A stretch of 64,000 nt of DNA from Gammaproteobacteria bacterium (GTDB lineage Bacteria > Pseudomonadota > Gammaproteobacteria > Arenicellales > JAJDZL01): positions 4,809-68,808 of the forward strand of contig JAJDXD010000095.1 in assembly GCA_022823405.1 (NCBI GenBank), read 5' to 3'. Every line of letters begins with the position of its first letter. The first letter of the stretch is position 1. The translations under genes were made by a program, and so were the position numbers. This document shows, one piece after another, positions 41,413 to 50,710 of the stretch. The notes under the pieces were generated by a model. The model ran no database searches, was not told where the DNA came from, and saw only the letters and a program-made list of their open reading frames with translations.

Positions 41413-41904
41413 GTGAATTTCAGTGAGCCATTATTATTGCATGAAGATCGGGTGCGCGCGGAGTGGGTCGATGAATTTGATCATATGAATCTCGCATTTT
41501 ACGTGGCAGTCTGCGACTGGGGTTCGTACAAGTTCTGGGAACTGGCAAATGACGGCCGCAAACTAGAACAAAGAGATGGCATGGAGTATGCCATCGTTGA
41601 AACCCATGTGAACTATATTCGTGAAGTACGACTGGATGATGAGTTAATCGTTGAGTCACAACTGCTGGGATTTGACGAGAAACGTTTTCATCTTTTCCAC
41701 ACTCTACGACACGCGCAACAGGGTTTCGTTTCCGCAACCAACGAAGTGATGGGGTTGGGTTTCAGTCTCAATGCTCGGGGCATTCAACCTTTTGCCAGCC
41801 AAGTCCAGAAAAAGCTGGCAGAAATCTACGAAGGTCAAAAAACCCTTCCTAGGCCCGCAAACGCAGGGAGGTCGATTGCACTACCTGCTAAGAAGTCGAT
41901 CTAA
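41413..41904 (+). CDS. Hotdog-fold thioesterase family protein
   Basis: RVRAEWVDEFDHMN, VETHVNYIREV, DEKRFHLFH. Confidence 0.85.
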   Translation: MNFSEPLLLHEDRVRAEWVDEFDHMNLAFYVAVCDWGSYKFWELANDGRKLEQRDGMEYAIVETHVNYIREVRLDDELIVESQLLGFDEKRFHLFHTLRHAQQGFVSATNEVMGLGFSLNARGIQPFASQVQKKLAEIYEGQKTLPRPANAGRSIALPAKKSI

Positions 41905-42043
41905 TGCTGGAAATTTGCTAGCTGCGTTGAAATTTGCCATTCGCAAGATTCGTGCTGACTCTAGTCGCAGTAGTGGTAGGAAGAAGTCGCTACAATTACA
42001 CTGATCAGGATTCAAAAACATTCTCCTGTATCAGAATATCTGA

Positions 42044-43012
42044 TTAAACCCGATCCCGTTTGAGTGGCTGTGCCATACAGTGAACGCCACCACCCGCGTC
42101 AGTAAACATTGTCATAACGGGGTCGAAGACTTCAAATCCCATCGCTCGCAGTTTACCATTTAGATTTTGGGCCGCTGCTGTTGAGACCACGCGATCATTA
42201 CCCAACGCAACCACATTACAAGCCAGATTCATCGTATCGCGAAAGCTGACAGGAATCATCTCGATGTTTTTTGACTTAAGCCACTTCAGTACATCATCGG
42301 GTGTTGTGTCCAGGCACACAGCAGCACACTTTTCAGCTAGCATACAAACCATCAGGTCAATGTGCACATAGAATTCATCAATGGGTGCATATTTCACTTC
42401 CCAGCCTTCTTTCTCCATCCAACCGCCAACCTGTTTGGCTGAACGCTCTTCAGAGCGGTGATCTGTGTATCCGATCATTACTGCGCCTGGCTCAATGATG
42501 TTGAAATCGCCCCCTTCAAAGTTTCCTGCACTCACCAAATCGTAAATTGGAATTCCGTTTGAAAGGTAAAAACGAAGTACTGCGGCATACTCGCCCCGCC
42601 GCCTGGGATTCGCCAACTGACAAACTACCGCTCCAAATGGAGTCATGAAATTTGAATCACGCGAATAAACTTGATACGGAGTGTCTTCATCAGGTTGCAG
42701 AGTGTGCACAGCGACTCCGGCAGTCTGATAAGCATCGACTAATTCTTCATGCTGACGAATCGCAACATCTCGATCGAATGCCAGGCCATCGCGGTCCGAG
42801 GCGCGGCAGATCGAGCTGTACTCAAGATTCTCTTCACCCATCCAGCGAAAGCACTCTGGTGAACCTAAAAGAACATCACGCAGAACGCCATATTCTGAAT
42901 TCACACCCCAATCCCTGAGCTCAGGGGTTGATCCACCTTCTCTTCTTGCTCTCAAAATGTCAGTTTTGGGAACGGATAGATCCGCTTCAGCATGTAATAT
43001 TTCCTTCTTCAT
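42044..43012 (-). CDS. Amidinotransferase / dimethylargininase family protein
   Basis: NSEYGVL, YSRD, FEGGD, HID and C-terminal GGGVHCM catalytic Cys. Confidence 0.88.
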   Translation of the reverse strand: MKKEILHAEADLSVPKTDILRARREGGSTPELRDWGVNSEYGVLRDVLLGSPECFRWMGEENLEYSSICRASDRDGLAFDRDVAIRQHEELVDAYQTAGVAVHTLQPDEDTPYQVYSRDSNFMTPFGAVVCQLANPRRRGEYAAVLRFYLSNGIPIYDLVSAGNFEGGDFNIIEPGAVMIGYTDHRSEERSAKQVGGWMEKEGWEVKYAPIDEFYVHIDLMVCMLAEKCAAVCLDTTPDDVLKWLKSKNIEMIPVSFRDTMNLACNVVALGNDRVVSTAAAQNLNGKLRAMGFEVFDPVMTMFTDAGGGVHCMAQPLKRDRV

Positions 43013-43400
43013 GGTGTATTTTCACCTACTACTTTGGTGGGTTACTTAACAATCGAAATAATCGTTACCAAATTGCAGCCTGTTTTACATGGCTCCACTA
43101 TCCACAGAATTTTAACCGAGTGTCGATATTTTGTCTTGGTTCACAAGGTTAATTTTGGTGGGAAATGATACGTATATCTGACAGAACAGGCGCGTATAGT
43201 TGGTTATTTTGTTTTCGAATCTAATCCGAATGAATCGATTCTTGATAATCTCATGGGAATTTTCAAAGTCGTAATTCATGAGCATCTGGCCGGATGATAA
43301 CGGACATATCTATCTGGCATTATTTGTAAGATCATTCCTATATAATTGTTTATTAAACATATTAATCCCTAATATAGTGGACATTTAACCGGTCATAGAA

Positions 43401-44600
43401 GTGAATTCTATACAAAATTTCGACCTCAGTGAAAGCACTGCAATGATGGAACCATTACTATTTTCACAAGGATCTAGATATCGTGCAGAATTAGGTGAAC
43501 TTGTTCTGGAACTGGCAAAAAAATCCAGTAGCCTCTCAAAGCAATTACCGGCAACAGTACTGACTTCGCTAGGAATACTGGTACGATCGTTGAACTGTTA
43601 TTACAGTAATCTGATCGAAGGGCACCATACTCGTATCCGCGATATCGAAAGAGCGCTTAATGATGACTATAGTTCCGACCCATCAATTCGTAATCTTCAA
43701 TTGGAGGCTAAATCACATATTCAAGTACAAGTCTGGGTAGAAAATCACGTCTCTGAGTTTCAGTTCCCAATCATAGAGACACTATGCGAAATTCACCGAC
43801 GCTTTTTTGAATCGCTTCCCCAGGCATTTCGTTGGGTAAATGCGCCTGAATCAAATCAACGATTTGAAATTGTTCCTGGAAATTTGCGCATGCATCAGGT
43901 TCAGGTTGGTCAACATGTTTCAATTAGTCCAGGCGCCGTTCCACGATTTTTACAGCGGTTCGAAACGGTATATGGCAGTCTCGGTGTTTGCGATCGGTCA
44001 CTCGCTTTGGCAGCTGCGCATCACCGCTTACTGTGGATTCATCCCTTTCCCGATGGGAACGGTCGAGTCGCTCGCTTGTTATCCGATGCTATGTTACGAA
44101 CGGTACTTGATACAGGGAATGTTTGGACAGTATCCCGTGGTCTTGCAAGAAATGATGCTGTCTATAAGGCACTGCTTGCTAACTGCGATTTGCCACGTAG
44201 AAACGATCTCGACGGGCGAGGTGCGTTAAGTGAAGAATCTCTATTTGATTTTTCAAAATTTTTTCTTGAAACTTGCATTGATCAGGTTGAGTTCATGCAG
44301 TTGCTAATTCAACCTGAGCGTTTGCGTGCTCGTATTGGGATTTGGGCAGAAACAGAAATTCGTACAGGCGATCTACCACCAAAGTCCGACATTGTATTGG
44401 AAGCCGTGATGTTGAAAGGAGCGCTGCCGCGCGGCGAAGCTGGAAACCTGTTGGGGCTAAGCGAGCGTCAAGCCCGTAGAATTACATCTGCACTGATTCG
44501 TTCCGGTGCACTGACTGCAAAATCGTCACGGGCTCCACTTGTGCTCGCTTTTCCTTCAAAACTAGCGACACACTGGCTACCGGGACTCTTTCCAGAATAA
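43401..44600 (+). CDS. Fic family protein with N-terminal inhibitory motif and C-terminal HTH
   Basis: HPFPDGNGRVAR, SNLIEG matching (S/T)xxxE(G/N), and a C-terminal helix-turn-helix-like segment LLGLSERQARR. Confidence 0.92.
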   Translation: MNSIQNFDLSESTAMMEPLLFSQGSRYRAELGELVLELAKKSSSLSKQLPATVLTSLGILVRSLNCYYSNLIEGHHTRIRDIERALNDDYSSDPSIRNLQLEAKSHIQVQVWVENHVSEFQFPIIETLCEIHRRFFESLPQAFRWVNAPESNQRFEIVPGNLRMHQVQVGQHVSISPGAVPRFLQRFETVYGSLGVCDRSLALAAAHHRLLWIHPFPDGNGRVARLLSDAMLRTVLDTGNVWTVSRGLARNDAVYKALLANCDLPRRNDLDGRGALSEESLFDFSKFFLETCIDQVEFMQLLIQPERLRARIGIWAETEIRTGDLPPKSDIVLEAVMLKGALPRGEAGNLLGLSERQARRITSALIRSGALTAKSSRAPLVLAFPSKLATHWLPGLFPE

Positions 44601-44721
44601 TACAAACAGTACATGTGAACGAAATTCAAGATATTAATCGAAGTTGCAGCAATTCGATCTGATTTCCTTTTCGATCCATCGCTGTCACAGTCCGAAGTGA
44701 AGCAAAAAATCAAGTGCAATG

Positions 44722-46197
44722 CTACAGCTTGGAATTCGAAATCTGCGAAATCAGATGTTCAACAGAAGGATGCATCATATCCAACAGCGGAAAGGGCCAT
44801 ACCCCTAGCATTAGCACCAGGATGGCAAGCAACCCCAGCGTGATTTTCTCCTGCATATTGAGGTCGGTTAACGTAGAAACTGCTTCATTTACAATCTTTC
44901 CATAGATAACGCGTTTATACATCCGCAGCGTGTAGGCTGCACCCAATATCAATGTCAAGGCTGCAATTCCTGCATAAATTGCACTTTCCTGAAAGGCGCC
45001 TATGATCACCAACACTTCTCCAACAAACCCTGAGGTGCCTGGTAATCCAACATTCGCCAATGTGAAAATCATCATCAGAGCGGCAAACACTGGCATACGA
45101 TGTGCAACACCACCATAGGTTTCCAGTTTCCTGGAGTGGAGCCTGTCATAAAGCACACCGACGCATAGGAATAGAGCACCCGAAATGAAACCGTGCGAGA
45201 TCATCTGCACGATACCACCTTCAATTCCGTGTGTATTGAAAACGAAAAATCCAAGGGTAACAAATCCCATGTGAGAAATGGATGAATACGCAATCAACTT
45301 CTTCATGTCGGTTTGTGCCAGTGCCACCAACGCAATGTAGACGATCGCAATCAGTGAGAGTGCGATGATCACCCCGGCTAGAGACCGAGATGCGTCTGGC
45401 AAAATCGGTAAAGTAAATCGCAAAAATCCATAGGCACCCATCTTCAGCATCACGGCTGCCAAAATGACCGATCCACCAGTGGGTGCTTCAACATGTGCAT
45501 CAGGCAGCCAGGTGTGCACCGGCACCATTGGAACCTTAACGGCGAAAGCTGAGAAAAATGCGATGAAAAGCAAAATTTGGGCGGTATGCGCAATTGGCAA
45601 CGCGTGCCAGTCGACGATACTGAATGAGGATTCACTGACATTGTAAAGATAAAGAAATGCCACCAGCATCAGGAGCGAACCTAGCAACGTATACAGGAAA
45701 AACTTGATGGTCGCATAGACCCGATTTTCACCGCCCCAGATTCCAATGATCAGGAACATCGGTATCAGCATGCCTTCCCAGAAAATGTAGAAAAGCACCG
45801 CGTCTAATGCTGAAAACACACCGATCATCAGTCCTTCCAGCAGCAAAAACGCGGCGAGGTAGTGCGAAATTCTGTATTGAATGACTCGCCACCCAGCAAC
45901 CACAACAAGAACTGTCAGAAATGTGGTTAGTAAAATCAAAGGTAATGAAATTCCGTCTATGCCGACCGAATAATTGACGTTGAATGCGTCAACCCACACG
46001 AAATGTTCTTTGAATTGAAATTCCGAGGTGGTCGTGTCAAAAATTCCGTAAACCATCATGCTCAATACAAAAGTGAGTACGGAAATAATCAGAGCAGCCC
46101 AACGGACAGAATCTGAACTTCGAATTCTGCCAATTGCAAGCACTGCAACTCCACCGAAAATCGGCAGCCAGATCAGTGAACTCAACCAGGGAAACAT
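44722..46197 (-). CDS. nuoM: NADH-quinone oxidoreductase subunit M
   Basis: FYIFWE, KVPMVPVHTWLPDAHVEAPT, LKMGAYG. Confidence 0.97.
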   Translation of the reverse strand: MFPWLSSLIWLPIFGGVAVLAIGRIRSSDSVRWAALIISVLTFVLSMMVYGIFDTTTSEFQFKEHFVWVDAFNVNYSVGIDGISLPLILLTTFLTVLVVVAGWRVIQYRISHYLAAFLLLEGLMIGVFSALDAVLFYIFWEGMLIPMFLIIGIWGGENRVYATIKFFLYTLLGSLLMLVAFLYLYNVSESSFSIVDWHALPIAHTAQILLFIAFFSAFAVKVPMVPVHTWLPDAHVEAPTGGSVILAAVMLKMGAYGFLRFTLPILPDASRSLAGVIIALSLIAIVYIALVALAQTDMKKLIAYSSISHMGFVTLGFFVFNTHGIEGGIVQMISHGFISGALFLCVGVLYDRLHSRKLETYGGVAHRMPVFAALMMIFTLANVGLPGTSGFVGEVLVIIGAFQESAIYAGIAALTLILGAAYTLRMYKRVIYGKIVNEAVSTLTDLNMQEKITLGLLAILVLMLGVWPFPLLDMMHPSVEHLISQISNSKL

Positions 46198-46215
46198 GGA
46201 ATTAGAAGTAATTAG

Positions 46216-48180
46216 TTATCTGATCAAAAACCAGCTGATCAGCAATAGCAGTCCGATGATCATCGTAAAGGCGTAGTGATAAACAAAACCGCTCTGGATT
46301 ACGCGAATTCTTGAAGAGATACGTCTAACCGAATTAGCCAAACCGTTTACAACTAAACCGTCAATTACATACATATCCATGATTTTCCAGAGCATGTTTC
46401 CAAGTCCACGGGTACCGCTAGCGACTACTGCTTCATTAAATTCATCGAAGCCATACTTGCGATCTAGAATCTGCCACAATAACTTGAATCTAGATTGAAT
46501 TAGCGATGGCCACTCAGGCCGATGGATGTACAGAAACCAAGCTACAAAGATTCCTGCAACCGCCAACCAGAATGGCAGGGTAATAAATCCATGTAAAACC
46601 ATTTTCCAGGCAGAAATTTCGCCACTTTGCCCTGCGAGTCCTGCCCCAACATGTGCCAGTGTGTCATGTTGAGACAATACAAAAATCGACTGATCGTAAA
46701 ACTCCCCGTACAACATCGGAACGGCGAATATCGCTCCAAAAATAACCGACGGTACAGCCAGCACGACCAGCGGCAACGTAATCACCCAAGGCGATTCCTT
46801 GGCATGTGCCAGTTCATCTTCAGACATTCGTGGCTTGCCATGAAAAACAATGAACAGCATCCTAAATGAGTAAAGCGCAGTGACAAAAACGCCAATTGTG
46901 ACTGCGAATAGTGCAAAGCCGCTTCCTGGCAATTGACTGGCGTGTACTGCCTCAATGATGGTGTCTTTGGAAAAGAATCCCGCAAATGGCGGTAAACCCG
47001 CTAGCGCCAGTGAACCAACCAGTGCCGTCCAATAGGTAATTGGCATGATCTTTTTCAATCCGCCCATATGCCGAATGTCCTGCTGGTGATGTAGTGCGAC
47101 GATCACCGAACCAGCAGCCAGAAAAAGCAAAGCTTTGAAAAATGCATGAGTGGTCAGATGGAAGATACCTGCCGCATAGGCCGAAACACCGAGTGCGACT
47201 GTCATGTAACCGAGCTGTGACAGGGTTGAGTAGGCAACGATCCGCTTGATGTCATTTTGCACCAGGCCAATCAAGGCCATGAACAGTGCCGTTATCGCAC
47301 CAATTGTCACCACCACTGTCAGTGCAACTTCTGAAAATTCAAACAGTGGTGACATTCGTGCAACCATGAATATTCCTGCGGTCACCATGGTTGCCGCATG
47401 GATAAGTGCGGAAATAGGTGTCGGACCCTCCATTGAATCAGGCAGCCACACGTGAAGCGGTACCTGAGCAGATTTCCCCATCGCACCAACAAACAGTAAC
47501 AACGAAATTATTGTCAGCCATTTCCAGTTGACACCTTCAAACGCCTCAACCGTCATATTTTCAACGGAAGCAGCCTGAGAGAAGACATCCGAATAATTCA
47601 GTGAACTGAACACATAAACAATTGCTGCGATCGCCAAAATAAATCCGAAATCACCAATACGGTTGACTAGAAAGGCTTTCATATTGGCATGAATCGCAGA
47701 ATCCCGATCAAACCAGAATCCGATCAGCAGGTAGGAAACCACACCGACTCCTTCCCAGCCAAAAAATAATTGCAGGAAGTTATTTGACATAACCAGCATC
47801 AACATGGCAAATGTGAAAAGCGCAATGTAGCAGAAGAAACGCTGGTAACCGGGATCATCGTGCATGTACCCGATAGTGTAGATGTGCACCATCAGTGAAA
47901 CAAAAGTAACGACAACGGCCATACCTGCCGATAGTTCGTCAATCAGAAACCCGATTTGAAAAGTCAGAAATCCACTGGTTCCCCAGGTGTAGAGCATGCC
48001 GTCGAAGTAATTACCCTGTAGCACGTCAAACAACACATAGACCGATAAAGCAAAACTGATTGCAACACCGGCAATCGCAACGCGGTGTGTCGCGGTGCGA
48101 CCAATGATGTGTCCACCCAGTCCCGCAATAATAGCGGCGAGCAGGCAACTGAAGGGGATCAGCGTATAAATCGTAAGCAC
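46216..48180 (-). CDS. nuoL: NADH-quinone oxidoreductase subunit L
   Basis: GKSAQVPLHVWLPDSMEGPTPISALIHAATMV. Confidence 0.97.
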   Translation of the reverse strand: MLTIYTLIPFSCLLAAIIAGLGGHIIGRTATHRVAIAGVAISFALSVYVLFDVLQGNYFDGMLYTWGTSGFLTFQIGFLIDELSAGMAVVVTFVSLMVHIYTIGYMHDDPGYQRFFCYIALFTFAMLMLVMSNNFLQLFFGWEGVGVVSYLLIGFWFDRDSAIHANMKAFLVNRIGDFGFILAIAAIVYVFSSLNYSDVFSQAASVENMTVEAFEGVNWKWLTIISLLLFVGAMGKSAQVPLHVWLPDSMEGPTPISALIHAATMVTAGIFMVARMSPLFEFSEVALTVVVTIGAITALFMALIGLVQNDIKRIVAYSTLSQLGYMTVALGVSAYAAGIFHLTTHAFFKALLFLAAGSVIVALHHQQDIRHMGGLKKIMPITYWTALVGSLALAGLPPFAGFFSKDTIIEAVHASQLPGSGFALFAVTIGVFVTALYSFRMLFIVFHGKPRMSEDELAHAKESPWVITLPLVVLAVPSVIFGAIFAVPMLYGEFYDQSIFVLSQHDTLAHVGAGLAGQSGEISAWKMVLHGFITLPFWLAVAGIFVAWFLYIHRPEWPSLIQSRFKLLWQILDRKYGFDEFNEAVVASGTRGLGNMLWKIMDMYVIDGLVVNGLANSVRRISSRIRVIQSGFVYHYAFTMIIGLLLLISWFLIR

Positions 48181-48205
48181 GTTAGCAGCAAACCCTGGAA
48201 AGTCC

Positions 48206-48511
48206 TCAACCGCTAAGACGGTTCAGGTCTTCAACGTTAATCGTGTGTCGATTTCGAAACAGCACGATCAGAATTGCAAGCCCGATCGCTGCTTCTGCTG
48301 CGGCAACTGTCAGGATGAAAAATACAAACACCTGACCTGCAATATCCTGCAAGTAATGGGAGAACGCAACGAAATTGATGTTAACTGCCAAAAGCAGCAA
48401 CTCGATTGCCATCAACAGGATGACAACATTTTTCCGATTTAAAAATATGCCGACAACAGCAATTGAAAAAAGCACTGCTGCCAGTACCAGGTAATGTGTC
48501 AGGGAAATCAT
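48206..48511 (-). CDS. nuoK: NADH-quinone oxidoreductase subunit K
   Basis: [21 protein letters not shown]. Confidence 0.97.
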   Translation of the reverse strand: MISLTHYLVLAAVLFSIAVVGIFLNRKNVVILLMAIELLLLAVNINFVAFSHYLQDIAGQVFVFFILTVAAAEAAIGLAILIVLFRNRHTINVEDLNRLSG

Positions 48512-49152
48512 TCTGAACCCGCTCCTGCGGCATCAGGGTCTGGCTTTTCTGATTTCATGGAAACCACGCGCAGCCGGTCTTCCTTTCTGGCAGAAATCTG
48601 CTTTGCAGGCTTCTGGTAACGCGTTTGTGGACGACGACGCAACGTCAGTGATATCGCGGCGATAATCGCTACCAGCAGAATGATTGCAGCAATTTCAAAT
48701 GGATAGGCATACTGCGTATAAAGAATCTCACCCAATTGCTGTGTGTTGCTGTAGTCCGCTGGCTGTCCGACGGGTCGCGGCATCGACTCCGGACTGAACA
48801 CTTTGGCGTTGAGAATGATAATCAGCTCAGCGACCAGCAACAAAGCAACGAAACCTCCGACTGGCAGGTACTTGCCAAATCCCTCACGCATCTGAACCAG
48901 ATTGATATCCAGCATCATGACGACAAACAGAAACAGCACCATCACCGCGCCGACGTAGACCAGAACCAGCACGATTGCCAGAAATTCAGCCTCTAACGTA
49001 ATCCAGATACAGGCTGCGCTGAAAAATGCAAGCACAAGAAACAAAGCCGCTTTAACTGGATTTCGAACCGTGACCACCATTAGTGCCGCAAATATCAATA
49101 TTGCTGCAAATGCATAGAAGGCAAAATCGAGAAAACTGAAAGTCATTGACAT
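48508..49152 (-). CDS. nuoJ: NADH-quinone oxidoreductase subunit J
   Basis: [25 protein letters not shown]. Confidence 0.96.
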   Translation of the reverse strand: MSMTFSFLDFAFYAFAAILIFAALMVVTVRNPVKAALFLVLAFFSAACIWITLEAEFLAIVLVLVYVGAVMVLFLFVVMMLDINLVQMREGFGKYLPVGGFVALLLVAELIIILNAKVFSPESMPRPVGQPADYSNTQQLGEILYTQYAYPFEIAAIILLVAIIAAISLTLRRRPQTRYQKPAKQISARKEDRLRVVSMKSEKPDPDAAGAGSE

Positions 49153-49157
49153 TAACT

Positions 49158-49649
49158 CTACCGAAAGGCAGAATCAGCTCTTCGAGCAGCTGCGATTCGT
49201 TCTTCGTACTGATCGCCAATGGCAAGCAGCATGTCTTTGGTCATGATGTTGTCACCACGCGTCTCGAAATGGAATTCGTGAATATCGGTTTCAACAATCG
49301 AATCAACCGGACACGCTTCCTCGCAAAATCCGCAGTAAATGCATTTGAACATGTCAATGTCATAACGAGTCGTTCGTCGAGTACCGTCGCTTCGCTCTTC
49401 CGATTCAATCGTGATTGCGAGTGCGGGGCAGACTGCTTCGCACAATTTACAGGCAATGCAGCGCTCTTCACCATTCGAGTAACGTCGAAGTGCGTGCAGA
49501 CCTCGAAATCGCGGGGACTTTGGAGTTTTTTCTTCAGGATACTGAACGGTTATCTTGCGCTTGAACAGGTGCTTGCCAGTCAGTCTTAAACCGCGTAACA
49601 ATTCAAGCAGCAAAAAGGTTTTGAAGTGTCGTTTTATCCAGTCCATCAC
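49158..49649 (-). CDS. nuoI: NADH-quinone oxidoreductase subunit I
   Basis: Two 4Fe-4S motifs CIACKLC...CP and [12 protein letters not shown]. Confidence 0.98.
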   Translation of the reverse strand: MMDWIKRHFKTFLLLELLRGLRLTGKHLFKRKITVQYPEEKTPKSPRFRGLHALRRYSNGEERCIACKLCEAVCPALAITIESEERSDGTRRTTRYDIDMFKCIYCGFCEEACPVDSIVETDIHEFHFETRGDNIMTKDMLLAIGDQYEERIAAARRADSAFR

Positions 49650-49663
49650 TCAATCCTTGCGCG

Positions 49664-50710
49664 CTACTGAAAAATGAAACCAAAGGGAGTGAGAAATCGA
49701 AAAACACCGATTACGGTAATCCAGACCAGTGTAACAGGGATAAACACTTTCCAGCCGAGCCGCATAATTTGATCGTAACGATAGCGGGGAAATGTAGCGC
49801 GTAGCCACAAGAATACAAACAGCATCAATGCGACTTTCCCCAGCAGCCAGAAAATCGGCGGAATCCAGGTAAATGGTGCGAAATCGAATGGGGCGTGCCA
49901 ACCACCCAGAAACATAATGACAGCCAAAGTTGCGATGAGCACCATATTGGCGTACTCTGCCATAAAAAATATTGCGAATGTTACACCAGAGTATTCAACG
50001 TGAAAACCAGCAACAATTTCAGATTCACCTTCCGCCACATCGAAGGGTGCCCGGTTTGTCTCCGCAACACCTGAGATGAAATAGACCAGGAATAATGGAA
50101 AAAGCGGCCATAAATACCACTGGTGAATTCCTCCAGTCTGTGCAGTCACAATCTGAACAAGATTGAGACTCCCGGCAGCCATCAGTAGTCCAACCAGTGC
50201 AAATCCCATCGCAATCTCATACGCCACGATTTGTGCCGCTGATCTCATGGCACCAAGGAATGCGTACTTTGAATTGGACGCCCAACCGGCTACGATTACA
50301 CCGTAAACTCCAAGTGAAGTCAGTGCGAGAATGTATAGCAACCCCGCATCTAGATTGGCTAATACCAAAGTATCTGTAAACGGCACAACCGCCCAGGCTG
50401 CCAGAGCAGGAGCCAGTGAAAGAATTGGGGCAGACAGAAACAGAAATCGATTCGCATTGCTTGGAATGACAATTTCCTTGAAGAGCAGTTTCAAAACATC
50501 TGCAAAAGGTTGAAACCAGCCTTTCGGTCCCACGCGGTTAGGGCCAACTCTTACCTGAATGTAGCCAATAATTTTTCGCTCAGCATAGGTCATAAACGCT
50601 ACGCACAGAAGGAGCGGCACCAAAATCGCAATGATCTTGATGAGGCTCTCTATCGTAACCTGCAGTTCAAAAGGCAAACTGGCATAAGTTGACCAAAGCC
50701 AATTCATCAC
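49664..50710 (-). CDS. nuoH: NADH-quinone oxidoreductase subunit H
   Basis: [22 protein letters not shown]. Confidence 0.98.
   Translation of the reverse strand: MMNWLWSTYASLPFELQVTIESLIKIIAILVPLLLCVAFMTYAERKIIGYIQVRVGPNRVGPKGWFQPFADVLKLLFKEIVIPSNANRFLFLSAPILSLAPALAAWAVVPFTDTLVLANLDAGLLYILALTSLGVYGVIVAGWASNSKYAFLGAMRSAAQIVAYEIAMGFALVGLLMAAGSLNLVQIVTAQTGGIHQWYLWPLFPLFLVYFISGVAETNRAPFDVAEGESEIVAGFHVEYSGVTFAIFFMAEYANMVLIATLAVIMFLGGWHAPFDFAPFTWIPPIFWLLGKVALMLFVFLWLRATFPRYRYDQIMRLGWKVFIPVTLVWITVIGVFRFLTPFGFIFQ

Noticed and set aside
42001-42036. Imperfect hairpin CTGATCAGGA...TCCTGTATCAG between convergent thioesterase and amidinotransferase genes
   Set aside because: Long loop and no U-tract; at most an ordinary weak terminator.
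26474-44721. CRISPR array, integron attC sites, integrase or att direct repeats in the accessory block
   Set aside because: No regularly spaced repeats, no RYYYAAC/GTTRRRY-bounded palindromes after the genes, no recombinase ORF and no matching end repeats were found by eye.
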